From Candidatus Methanoperedens sp. (lineage in GTDB: Archaea > Halobacteriota > Methanosarcinia > Methanosarcinales > Methanoperedenaceae), in assembly GCA_026552955.1 (NCBI GenBank), contig JAPMTS010000003.1, positions 207,763-231,762 on the forward strand: DNA of 24,000 bases. Direction: 5' to 3'. Below the pieces are notes generated by a model. That model saw nothing but the letters and a program-made list of their open reading frames with translations, did no database searches and was not told the origin of the DNA. Every line of letters starts with the position of its first letter. Position 1 is the first letter of the stretch. Below, piece after piece: positions 9,062 to 16,837 of this stretch. A program made the position numbers and the translations under genes.

Positions 9062-10066
9062 CTATAATTTAGACCGTTTTCTTCTTAATTTAATGCAATA
9101 ACCACATATAATTAGAATCAGGCCAGCCCCCCCAAAACCGGGAACACTATTACTCTTTTCGGTCTCTTCAGGAATGACTTCAGTTTCTTTTTGCTCAGAA
9201 AGACTTTTTTCCGCGAGGTTCAATTCATCATTTGCATACCCAACATATTCCTGCACCACTTTGAAATCATTAATCCAGAAAGATTGAAGCGCCTGATTAT
9301 TGTTATATTCTTCGGCATTCAAAAGGTGGGATTCTGCTTCCGAAACATCCTGCCCCGCTTCCCTGGCATTTTTTATCCTCTCTTTTATTTGTCTTGATTT
9401 TTCATCAGTTTCAATTATTAACTTGAGAATATCCGAATAGCTTCCCTTTATACTGATCTCATCACCTAGATTCAACTGGAACCATGTAATTACCATTTTA
9501 TCAAATTGTAATAACTTTTTATATGATTTTTTGTCTTTTGACTTTACTTCCACGGCAGTTACATTTACAGCTTTGGGGAGAAATACCTGGCTTCTTATTT
9601 CAGGATCAGAAGGTAATGAAAATTCGACTTCTTTTCCGGCTATGATTGCCTTCGGGGCATCGACCGGTATTATTATGGAATAATCAGGACCTTCTTTCAC
9701 GGCCCAATTTTGTGCAGTAAGGCTTAAACGCCCATTCCATTTCATTCCTGCTTCAATTGGCCTGTCAAAATTGATACTGATCTTAATTCCACCGGGTATT
9801 GTTTGTTGTTTTACTTCAGTTCCTGTTGAAGGAATGCTCATTATGTTATCGCTGCCTATTACAACCCCGGATGCAGGGACCACAAAAGAAAAACCGTCAA
9901 TAGAAGTCGTACCCGAATTTTCAAATTCAGCCTGGATAGTTTCTTCTACCATACCGTCATCGCCTATTGTTACATTTAAAACCCATTTGTTGAGTGAAAC
10001 TTCACCTGCGGAAGCCGGGAAAGCCATAAGCAGGACAATGATGAAACAAACAATAATTTTTTTCAT
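9062..10066 (-). CDS. secreted surface protein with a PGF-CTERM-type archaeosortase sorting signal
   Basis: 334 aa. The N-terminal signal peptide is 'MKKIIVCFIIVLLMAFPASA'. The C-terminus 'SNSVPGFGGAGLILIICGYCIKLRRKRSKL' combines PGF, a TM helix and a basic tail. A coiled-coil-like segment precedes the linker. Confidence 0.7.
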   Translation of the reverse strand: MKKIIVCFIIVLLMAFPASAGEVSLNKWVLNVTIGDDGMVEETIQAEFENSGTTSIDGFSFVVPASGVVIGSDNIMSIPSTGTEVKQQTIPGGIKISINFDRPIEAGMKWNGRLSLTAQNWAVKEGPDYSIIIPVDAPKAIIAGKEVEFSLPSDPEIRSQVFLPKAVNVTAVEVKSKDKKSYKKLLQFDKMVITWFQLNLGDEISIKGSYSDILKLIIETDEKSRQIKERIKNAREAGQDVSEAESHLLNAEEYNNNQALQSFWINDFKVVQEYVGYANDELNLAEKSLSEQKETEVIPEETEKSNSVPGFGGAGLILIICGYCIKLRRKRSKL

Positions 10067-10121
10067 AGCTATTTCATATCTCCTTTCTTATCTGGACATT
10101 TAAAACTTATAAAGTTTCCTC

Positions 10122-12032
10122 CTATTTGAAGTGAACAACTTCTCCGGTCCTTTCATATATCCGAAGCCCTGGGGGCAGATTTTCCCCGAATTCTTTGGAC
10201 ATGAGCACGTCCCGGAATTTTATAATTTCATCTTTTTCCATAAGTCTTCCGGGGATTACAAAATCATATTCCTCATCTGCTATTTTAATGAACTTTAATC
10301 CATTCAGTTCTGCAACTGCGCGAATTCCTATTCCCACATCCGCTTTCCCCATCTTTATTGCAGCAGCGACTGCACTATGGGTCTTTGCTTCGGTGTAATA
10401 TCCTTTAATGCCATTAATGAATTCTTCGAAAGATATTTCACGTTCATTTGCTATTTTCCTTAAAATAAGGTCGGTCATAACCCTTGTTCCAGAACCCGTA
10501 TTCCGGTTAATGAACCGGTAATTGACCATGTCTGCAAATTCCTTTATCTTGCTATCTTTTGGCAATATCAGGCCCTGGTCCCTCAAGTAACCCTTTACAA
10601 GAACAGCACCATGAAGACCGAACCTTGAAAGAAACGGTATATTATACACACCGGATTCATCCAGGAGATGTACTCCGGCAATATCAGCAATACCATTCCT
10701 TACTGCGCTTAATCCACCGGATGAACCTACGTTTATTATTCGCATTTTGATATTTGTCATATCAGCGATCGTATCAAGACCGAGACATTGGCTTCCAACG
10801 AAGAACAAATCCACCGGATTGAGTTCTCCATATAAGGTGACTTCAACATCATCCCCTGCTTCTATCATCTCAATTGATGACGGGATTTCAATAAAACCAT
10901 CCGCCTCAGAAAGAGTTGTTATGGCTCCTGATCCCTTCTCGATGGGATAAGCCATGCCTCTGACGATCCCAACAGGAAGAAGCTGGCTTCTGCCATCGGA
11001 ACGTATCCTTATAGCTGTTTTGGCATGTGTTTTATTATTTGTCTTTGTCTTTCCTGTCATTTTCCGGATCAAAGGAGCCACAAATTCATTGAAGATCGTA
11101 AGGCATGAAGCCGGATATCCAGGAAGACCAAAAATTGGTTTACCATAAACCTGCCCGATTATTGCAGGTTTTCCCGGCTTTATATCGATCCCGTGTGCAA
11201 GGACCGTGCCGTTTTCTTCAATAATCCTGTACATCATGTCGCCTGATCCTGCTGAAGTGCTTCCTGAAGTGAGAATGAGATCGCATTTTGAGAGTTCCAT
11301 CAAAGCTTTTTTGATCCCGGCCTCATTATCATTTACATTTCCGTAACGAATTGGAGTTCCCCCGCATTCCCTGACTCCGCATGAGAGAGAATACGAGTTC
11401 ACGTCATAGATTTCACCTGTATTAAGCTGGCTGCCTGACGCTTTTATCTCATTTCCGGTTGAGATTATCCCCACCGTAAGCCCCATGACGCATATTCTTG
11501 ATTTACCGATAGCACTTAAGACACCTATCTCCCTGGCCCCAAGACAGGTCCCTTTTCTTAAAACCCTCTCTCCGACCATTATATCCGAGCCTGCTTGCAT
11601 AACATTTTCATTGATGGAGACGGGACGAAGTATAAAAATATCTTTATCGGTATTCGTATATTCAACCATTACTACGGAATCTGCCCCTTCCGGCATTACC
11701 GCGCCTGTTGCTATTTCGGCGGCCTGTCCTCTTTCCAGTACTATCCCCGGGTCTATTCCGGCCGGGATCGATCCGGCAAGTTTAAGCTTTACCGGCCTGT
11801 CCTCCTGTGCATTGTAAGTATCAGAAGCATGAACCGCATAACCATCCATCGATGCCCTGGTAAAAGGAGGAACATCTACCTGTGAAATAACATCCTGCGC
11901 AAGAACACGCTCTCTTGCATTTTCAATATCAACCTCCTCAGGATGGGATTTGATGTCAAGGGATTCAATAATTTTTTTTGCCGTATCCCTGGAAACAAGT
12001 TCCCTGAATTCTTTTCTCATGTATTCTTTCAT
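10122..12032 (-). CDS. moeA: molybdopterin molybdenumtransferase MoeA fused to a C-terminal periplasmic-binding-protein-like domain
   Basis: MoeA motifs are present ('PPFTRASMDGYAV', 'GAVMPEGADSVVMVE', 'ISTGNE', 'LTSGSTSAGSGD', 'IKPGKP', 'GLPGYPAS'). About 230 aa of PBP-like domain follow ('RFINRNTGSGTR'). I chose the start at the ATG of 'MKEYMRKEF'; the track ORF extends to 12116. Confidence 0.85.
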   Translation of the reverse strand: MKEYMRKEFRELVSRDTAKKIIESLDIKSHPEEVDIENARERVLAQDVISQVDVPPFTRASMDGYAVHASDTYNAQEDRPVKLKLAGSIPAGIDPGIVLERGQAAEIATGAVMPEGADSVVMVEYTNTDKDIFILRPVSINENVMQAGSDIMVGERVLRKGTCLGAREIGVLSAIGKSRICVMGLTVGIISTGNEIKASGSQLNTGEIYDVNSYSLSCGVRECGGTPIRYGNVNDNEAGIKKALMELSKCDLILTSGSTSAGSGDMMYRIIEENGTVLAHGIDIKPGKPAIIGQVYGKPIFGLPGYPASCLTIFNEFVAPLIRKMTGKTKTNNKTHAKTAIRIRSDGRSQLLPVGIVRGMAYPIEKGSGAITTLSEADGFIEIPSSIEMIEAGDDVEVTLYGELNPVDLFFVGSQCLGLDTIADMTNIKMRIINVGSSGGLSAVRNGIADIAGVHLLDESGVYNIPFLSRFGLHGAVLVKGYLRDQGLILPKDSKIKEFADMVNYRFINRNTGSGTRVMTDLILRKIANEREISFEEFINGIKGYYTEAKTHSAVAAAIKMGKADVGIGIRAVAELNGLKFIKIADEEYDFVIPGRLMEKDEIIKFRDVLMSKEFGENLPPGLRIYERTGEVVHFK

Positions 12033-12167
12033 GAATTCACCTGGCAAAGAATTTATCTTTTTAACAGAAAGCTTTTTTATCCAGGGATAACTAATATATG
12101 ATAATAATAATAACAATTAAAATGCTTAATTTAATTGGGCTGATCATTTTATGCAATTATTAGAAGT

Positions 12168-12485
12168 ATGATTGTAGGGAGCGTTACAGGTTTAGCTAGC
12201 GGAGATGCTGTTGTTGATGGTATTTTGATAACGAAACAAAGAATAAGTGAAGAAATTCTTTTTTATGGAAGTGTTGGGGTGATCGCGGGTATGTTTGCAG
12301 GTGTGGTTCAAGCTAGAAAAAATGCGATTCTTGTATGCGCGATTGGAGGTTCATTTAGTGCGTTAATTGCTGGAAATATTGGATATTTTGCTGTAGGTGG
12401 ACATTCTATGCATATCGCTCTAATTGTAATCCCGATTGCTGGAGCAATAATTGGTGGTGTAGTTGGGGGTCTGATGAGGTTCTAA
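12168..12485 (+). CDS. small Gly/Ala-rich integral membrane protein
   Basis: 105-aa ORF with three hydrophobic Gly-zipper-like segments. No family recognised. Confidence 0.45.
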   Translation: MIVGSVTGLASGDAVVDGILITKQRISEEILFYGSVGVIAGMFAGVVQARKNAILVCAIGGSFSALIAGNIGYFAVGGHSMHIALIVIPIAGAIIGGVVGGLMRF

Positions 12486-12554
12486 TTGAAATGTTTGCTA
12501 TGTTCAGGTAGAATCATAGCAAATTCTATTATCATTCAAATTAATCATACCGCT

Positions 12555-13553
12555 ATGCTCTATGCCATTGAAACATCAGGAATTACAAAACGCTTTGAAG
12601 AGGTGACTGCAGTAAATAATATCAGCATCTCTGTAAAACCGGGGGAATTATTCGGGCTCCTTGGCCCCAACGGCGCCGGGAAAACCACATTGATAAACAT
12701 GCTTTCAACGATGATAGAACCATCAGGGGGAAGAGCCCTGGTATGGGGTCACGATGTAGTAAAAGAAGCAGACATGGTGCGGCAGAATATCGGGGTGGTC
12801 TTCCAGGATACCACTCTTGATGACAGGCTTACAGGAAGGGAAAACCTTGACCTGCATGGAAGGCTTTATGGGCTTAATGGAAAGACAAGGAAAAGCCGAA
12901 TACAGGATGTACTCTCCCTTGTAGAGCTTACGGAAAAGGCTGATGTCATAGTCAAAACCTACTCGGGCGGAATGATGAGACGCCTTGAGATCGCACGCGG
13001 GCTCATGCATCATCCCCATGTGTTGTTCCTTGATGAACCCACATTGGGACTTGATCCGCAAACGCGCCTCCATATATGGGAGTACATAAATAAACTGAAC
13101 AGTGAAGAAGGCGTAACAATATTGCTGACAACGCATTATATGGAAGAGGCGGACAGGTTATGCGACAGGATCGCAATAATCGACTATGGACAGATCGTTG
13201 CTCTTGACACCCCGCAGGATCTGAAGAACATGCTCGGAGGCGATGTAATAACACTGGGTCTTGAAGATCCGGGGGATGTGGGTAAGCTGTGCGGTACTTA
13301 CCAGAAAAACGGATGCGCCAATATAGTCACAGGGAAACAAAATGAAGTTTTTATTACGGTCGATAATGGTGAGCGCCAGATCCCCCATATCCTTGCTCTT
13401 GCTTCACAGGCGGGAATACACATATTTTCAGTAAGCCTCAGGAAACCCACGCTGGATGACGTGTTCATCCACTATACTGGCAGGGCGATAAGAGATAAGG
13501 AAGTAAGCGGGATGGAAGAAGTGGGATATAAAATGAGATCGAGGAGGAAATAA
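12555..13553 (+). CDS. ABC transporter ATP-binding protein (DrrA/ABC-2 exporter type)
   Basis: Walker A 'GPNGAGKTT', signature 'YSGGMMRRL', Walker B 'LFLDEPTLGLD' and H-loop 'LLTTHYMEEA'. I chose the start at the ATG of 'MLYAIETSGITKRF'; the track ORF starts at 12486. Confidence 0.9.
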   Translation: MLYAIETSGITKRFEEVTAVNNISISVKPGELFGLLGPNGAGKTTLINMLSTMIEPSGGRALVWGHDVVKEADMVRQNIGVVFQDTTLDDRLTGRENLDLHGRLYGLNGKTRKSRIQDVLSLVELTEKADVIVKTYSGGMMRRLEIARGLMHHPHVLFLDEPTLGLDPQTRLHIWEYINKLNSEEGVTILLTTHYMEEADRLCDRIAIIDYGQIVALDTPQDLKNMLGGDVITLGLEDPGDVGKLCGTYQKNGCANIVTGKQNEVFITVDNGERQIPHILALASQAGIHIFSVSLRKPTLDDVFIHYTGRAIRDKEVSGMEEVGYKMRSRRK

Positions 13554-13555
13554 GG

Positions 13556-14323
13556 ATGGAATTTGGAAGGGCCGCACAGACCGTATACACAATGTGGCTG
13601 CGTGAAATGATACGATTTTCGCGGTCAAAATCACGGATAATAGGGGCGCTTGCAACACCTCTTTTCTTTCTTGTAATACTGGGGACGGGTTTCAGTTCAG
13701 CTTTCCAGGTAAGAGGAGGCGGAACATTTGATAAGAGCTATCTGGCTCCCGGTCTTATCGGAATGTCCGTTCTTTTTGCTTCATTGATGGGAGGCGTATC
13801 CATTATCTGGGACAGGGAATTTGGATTCCTCAAGGAAATTTTGATAGCTCCTGTTAGCCGCTTTTTTGTTTCACTCGGGAAAGCAATAGGAGGCGTTACC
13901 ACAGCAATGATACAGGGTATATTGATCATGATCATAGCCCGGCTTATAGGGATCCATTATGTATCCTTCTGGGGAGTCCTTGCTGGTATTGGTATTATGT
14001 TCATCTCAGGGATCGGCTTCATTGGTCTTGGGATAGCGATCGCTTCAAAGATCGAAAGTCATGAAGGATTCCAGATGGTCATGAGTTTTCTCACAATGCC
14101 TCTTGTTCTCTTGAGCGGGGCATTTTTCCCGATCGCGAACCTTCCGGGCTGGTTAAAGGTGTTCGTATATGCAAATCCCCTGACCTATGCGGTTGAAGCA
14201 CTGCGATACTTCCTTCTTGGAAAATCCTTTATTTCTATATGGTTATGCATTGCGGTCCTTGTAATATTTTCTACTGCGATGATATCGCTTGGCGGGAAAT
14301 TGTTCGGGAAGATGAGGGCATGA
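13556..14323 (+). CDS. ABC-2 type transporter permease
   Basis: 255 aa with about 6 TM segments. It starts 2 nt after the ATPase stop, with GGAGGA upstream. The C-terminal 'ANPLTYAVEALR' is typical of ABC-2 permeases. Confidence 0.85.
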   Translation: MEFGRAAQTVYTMWLREMIRFSRSKSRIIGALATPLFFLVILGTGFSSAFQVRGGGTFDKSYLAPGLIGMSVLFASLMGGVSIIWDREFGFLKEILIAPVSRFFVSLGKAIGGVTTAMIQGILIMIIARLIGIHYVSFWGVLAGIGIMFISGIGFIGLGIAIASKIESHEGFQMVMSFLTMPLVLLSGAFFPIANLPGWLKVFVYANPLTYAVEALRYFLLGKSFISIWLCIAVLVIFSTAMISLGGKLFGKMRA

Positions 14324-15231
14324 TCCTCCTGTCAGGCGGAACAGGCACGCCTAAATTGATCCAGGGTCTTCGCAAGGTAATTCCTGATGATGAGATTACA
14401 GTAATAGTCAATACTGCAGAAGACATAATGGTCTCAGGCAGCCTGGTTTCACCCGATGTTGACACGATCCTGTATCTTTTTTCAGACTCTCTTGATACTT
14501 CAAAATGGTGGGGGATCAGGAATGATACATTTCATACCAATAATGCTTTAAAGAAAATGGGCCATAGGGAAAAACTCATGATGGGAGATGCTGACCGCGC
14601 CGTGAGTATTTTCAGAACAGGATCGATGAACAATGGAGCTTCATTGACAGAGGCAACCTGTTTGCTTTCAGGGGCACTTGGAATAAAAGCAAAGATACTG
14701 CCAATGTGCAATGAAAAAGTAAATACGATAATAAAAACACCCGATGGGGTTATGCATTTCCAGGATTTCTGGGTAGGCGCTCGCGGAACTCCTGATGTCC
14801 TGGATGTTGGAATTTCAGGTATCCGTGAGGCTTCACCTACCTGGGAAGTAATGGATGCCCTGGAACGTGAGGAAAACGTGATAATCGGGCCCAGCAATCC
14901 CATAACAAGCATCGGACCGATCCTTACCCTTAAGGGGATGAAGGAAATTTTGAAGACCAGGAAAGTTATTGCAGTCAGTCCCATAATCGGGGATGCCCCG
15001 GTCAGCGGTCCTGCCGGGAAATTGATGAGTGCGCGCGGATATCCGGTTTCATCAAAGGGGGTTGCGCGGTTTTATGGGGATATTCTCGATGTTATGGTCA
15101 TTGATGATAAGGACCCTATGAATGCATCGGATTTTGACATAAGAATAGTAAAGTTTGATACCCTTATGACATCTGTTGAAAAAAGCGAATCCCTGGCAAA
15201 AAATATCCTTACCTTATTTTCCGGGATTTGA
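14320..15231 (+). CDS. cofD: 2-phospho-L-lactate transferase (coenzyme F420 biosynthesis)
   Basis: 'MILLSGGTGTPKLIQGL', 'VNTAEDI' and 'SPDVDTILY' are CofD hallmarks. Its start ATG overlaps the permease stop (ATGA at 14320-14323); the track ORF start at 14239 is an upstream extension. Confidence 0.9.
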   Translation: MILLSGGTGTPKLIQGLRKVIPDDEITVIVNTAEDIMVSGSLVSPDVDTILYLFSDSLDTSKWWGIRNDTFHTNNALKKMGHREKLMMGDADRAVSIFRTGSMNNGASLTEATCLLSGALGIKAKILPMCNEKVNTIIKTPDGVMHFQDFWVGARGTPDVLDVGISGIREASPTWEVMDALEREENVIIGPSNPITSIGPILTLKGMKEILKTRKVIAVSPIIGDAPVSGPAGKLMSARGYPVSSKGVARFYGDILDVMVIDDKDPMNASDFDIRIVKFDTLMTSVEKSESLAKNILTLFSGI

Positions 15232-15263
15232 TGATCATGAATGAATTATTTTGCGATATTTCA

Positions 15264-15569
15264 TTATGAGATATTCGATAACAGGACAAGTCCCCTATCT
15301 GTCAACCTGAAATTATCCCCATCGACAACAAGATAATTCCCCTTGATAAGGAAATCCGCCTGGAAATTGAACATGGCAGCATCAATCCCAAGTTCCTTTT
15401 TCAATTCAACCTTAGTTTTCCCGAATACTCCAATGGTTTTTATCATCTTTCGCCTGACAGGATGCTCAAGCGCCCTGACCATCAGGGCATGATCATCTAC
15501 TTTTGCTTCACGTACGGTTGGTTTACGCTCAAGCATTGCTTCCAGTTCATCATCACTTATTTCGGCCAT
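15264..15569 (-). CDS. ArsR-like winged-helix transcriptional regulator
   Basis: About 101 aa from the ATG at 15569, preceded by GGAGG (complement of 15579-15583) with a 9-nt spacer. 'ALEHPVRRKMIKTIGVFGKTKVELKKELGIDAAMFNFQADFLIKGNYL' fits an HTH plus wing pattern. Confidence 0.7.
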   Translation of the reverse strand: MAEISDDELEAMLERKPTVREAKVDDHALMVRALEHPVRRKMIKTIGVFGKTKVELKKELGIDAAMFNFQADFLIKGNYLVVDGDNFRLTDRGLVLLSNIS

Positions 15570-15605
15570 CGTCACTTTCCTCCGTGGGCCGCAGGGGTAG
15601 CGGAT

Positions 15606-15625
15606 GCCCCGTACTTCAGTACGGG
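15606..15625. repeat. perfect 8-bp stem / 4-nt loop hairpin (CCCCGTAC-TTCA-GTACGGGG)
   Basis: Read directly from the sequence. It lies in the GC-rich gap between the HTH gene start and the tnpB-like start. It could be an IS200/IS605 left-end hairpin or a 5'-UTR element of the HTH gene. Confidence 0.6.
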
Positions 15626-15691
15626 GAGGAAGCATACACCGCCTTCCCATGACCATGAATTAATTAACCACTGACGATTATTATCAATATT

Positions 15692-16504
15692 ATGTTGCAA
15701 ACATTGATGGTTAAACTTGATTCTTCTGAAGAACAACATAAGATTCTTCTTGAGACTATGCACAGGTTTAATGAAGCTTGCAACTATATTTCTGAAATTG
15801 CTTTCTCTATTAAGAGTGCTAATAAAATCAAGATTCAGCAGATTGTTTATAAGGATGTTAGAGATAAGTTCGGATTGTCTGCCCAGCATGCGATTCGTGC
15901 AATTGCTAAGGTTTCTGAAGCTTATAAGAGAGACAGGTCTATCAAACCCGAATTTAGTCCTGATGGTGCTATCATTTATGACCAGAGAATCCTTTCCTGG
16001 AGAAAACTGGAGGCTATATCTATCCTTACCCTCGAAGGAAGATTGAAGATACCTATCAGGATTGGAGAATACCAAACAGTCAGGATGGACAGGATAAGGG
16101 GTCAGGCTGACCTGATTCTGAGAAATGATACTTTCTATCTTGCCGTGGTTGTAGATGCTCCAGAACCTTCTAAGCTGGATGCTGTTGATACTCTCGGTAT
16201 TGACCTGGGGATTGTTAACCTCGCTACTGATAATGATGGAGATACATTCAGTGGGGAGAAGATTGATAAAACGAGAGAAAGATATTCCGAACTCAGGGGA
16301 AAACTCCAGAAAGCCGGAACCAGAAGTAGGAACAGACCAACCAGAGATTCGTTCAGATGTGTTCAATGTGGGTTCGCTGGCTCCGCTGACCATGTTGGAG
16401 CTATCAATATTGCTCTTAAGGGCGAAGTAATCCGCCCTATTGTTTCGAGGATATTTTTTGATTTGAACCATGTTCAGCCTCAGTTACAAGGCTCTGGGCT
16501 TTAG
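15692..16504 (+). CDS. tnpB: IS200/IS605-family TnpB (OrfB, IS1341-type) homologue, internally deleted, probably nuclease-inactive
   Basis: 270 aa. The N-terminal TnpB pattern is present ('KLDSSEEQHKILLETMHRFNEACNYIS', 'GLSAQHAIRAIAKVSEAYK'), as is RuvC-I 'LGIDLGIVNLATDNDG'. 'LQKAGTRS' then joins directly to 'RNRPTRDSFRCVQCGFAGSADHVGAINIA'. The RuvC-II Glu segment and the first CxxC pair are missing. Confidence 0.8.
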   Translation: MLQTLMVKLDSSEEQHKILLETMHRFNEACNYISEIAFSIKSANKIKIQQIVYKDVRDKFGLSAQHAIRAIAKVSEAYKRDRSIKPEFSPDGAIIYDQRILSWRKLEAISILTLEGRLKIPIRIGEYQTVRMDRIRGQADLILRNDTFYLAVVVDAPEPSKLDAVDTLGIDLGIVNLATDNDGDTFSGEKIDKTRERYSELRGKLQKAGTRSRNRPTRDSFRCVQCGFAGSADHVGAINIALKGEVIRPIVSRIFFDLNHVQPQLQGSGL

Positions 16505-16531
16505 TCCAGAGTTGACTACTCAAGGAACATT
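16400..16531 (+). ncRNA. putative omega-RNA (reRNA) scaffold 3' portion plus flanking guide-position sequence
   Basis: In TnpB elements the omega-RNA overlaps the tnpB 3' end and the right end. Here the hairpin CTCTGG-GCTTTAGT-CCAGAG (16492-16511) encloses the tnpB stop codon. The extent and any expression are unknown. Confidence 0.3.
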
Positions 16532-16725
16532 TCTACCCGGCACAGATAAGCAACTATCTTATTATCCTCAATTTTCACATCAAAGTCCTTAATAGTGGCT
16601 TTTGTAATTTTGCTCTTCTGTTTGAATATAGGAAGTCTTGTAGCATCTTCCATTGCGTTTTTTGCAGCCTGTTCCCAGCTTTCGGGCGATGAGCCCACAG
16701 TATCGATTATTTTCACAAAAGGCAT
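16516..16725 (-). CDS. dodecin family flavin-binding protein
   Basis: 69 aa. 'VKIIDTVGSSPESWEQAAKNAMEDAT....DFDVKIEDNKIVAY..RVEM' matches the dodecin consensus pattern. Confidence 0.85.
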   Translation of the reverse strand: MPFVKIIDTVGSSPESWEQAAKNAMEDATRLPIFKQKSKITKATIKDFDVKIEDNKIVAYLCRVEMFLE

Positions 16726-16798
16726 TGTAGATCACACGTTCAATATACTCGTCATGGAATAATAAATCTCTCCCCGTGAATAATTGATTACCACAATC

Positions 16799-16806
16799 CT
16801 TATATA
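16799..16806 (+). promoter_or_regulatory. candidate TATA box for the thioredoxin-like lipoprotein / redox cluster
   Basis: 'TTATATAA' lies about 32-39 nt upstream of the TTG start at 16838. Motif and position are the only support. Confidence 0.3.
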
Positions 16807-16837
16807 ACTTTACACCCATTGTAAAATCGGATAGAAC

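Larger units (their letters stand above)
15600..16515 (+). mobile_element. decayed IS200/IS605-family (tnpB-only, IS1341-like) element; boundaries approximate
   Basis: It contains the tnpB remnant and a terminal hairpin at 16492-16511. By eye its GC content is lower than that of the flanking genes. There is no tnpA and no identifiable matching left-end and right-end hairpins. Confidence 0.5.

Noticed and set aside
12486-12554. N-terminal extensions of track ORFs: the ABC ATPase from 12486, cofD from 14239, moeA to 12116, DUF192 from 7137, and the HTH gene to 15656.
   Set aside because: The extensions overlap upstream genes or encode non-conserved peptides. Internal ATGs give family-typical N-termini and, in three of the five cases, stop/start coupling or a Shine-Dalgarno sequence.
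15572-16471. A 299-aa ORF antisense to the whole tnpB remnant.
   Set aside because: Its translation is Ser/Asn/Ile-rich and low-complexity, with no recognisable motifs. The opposite strand carries clear TnpB motifs. It is a typical shadow ORF in AT-rich coding DNA.
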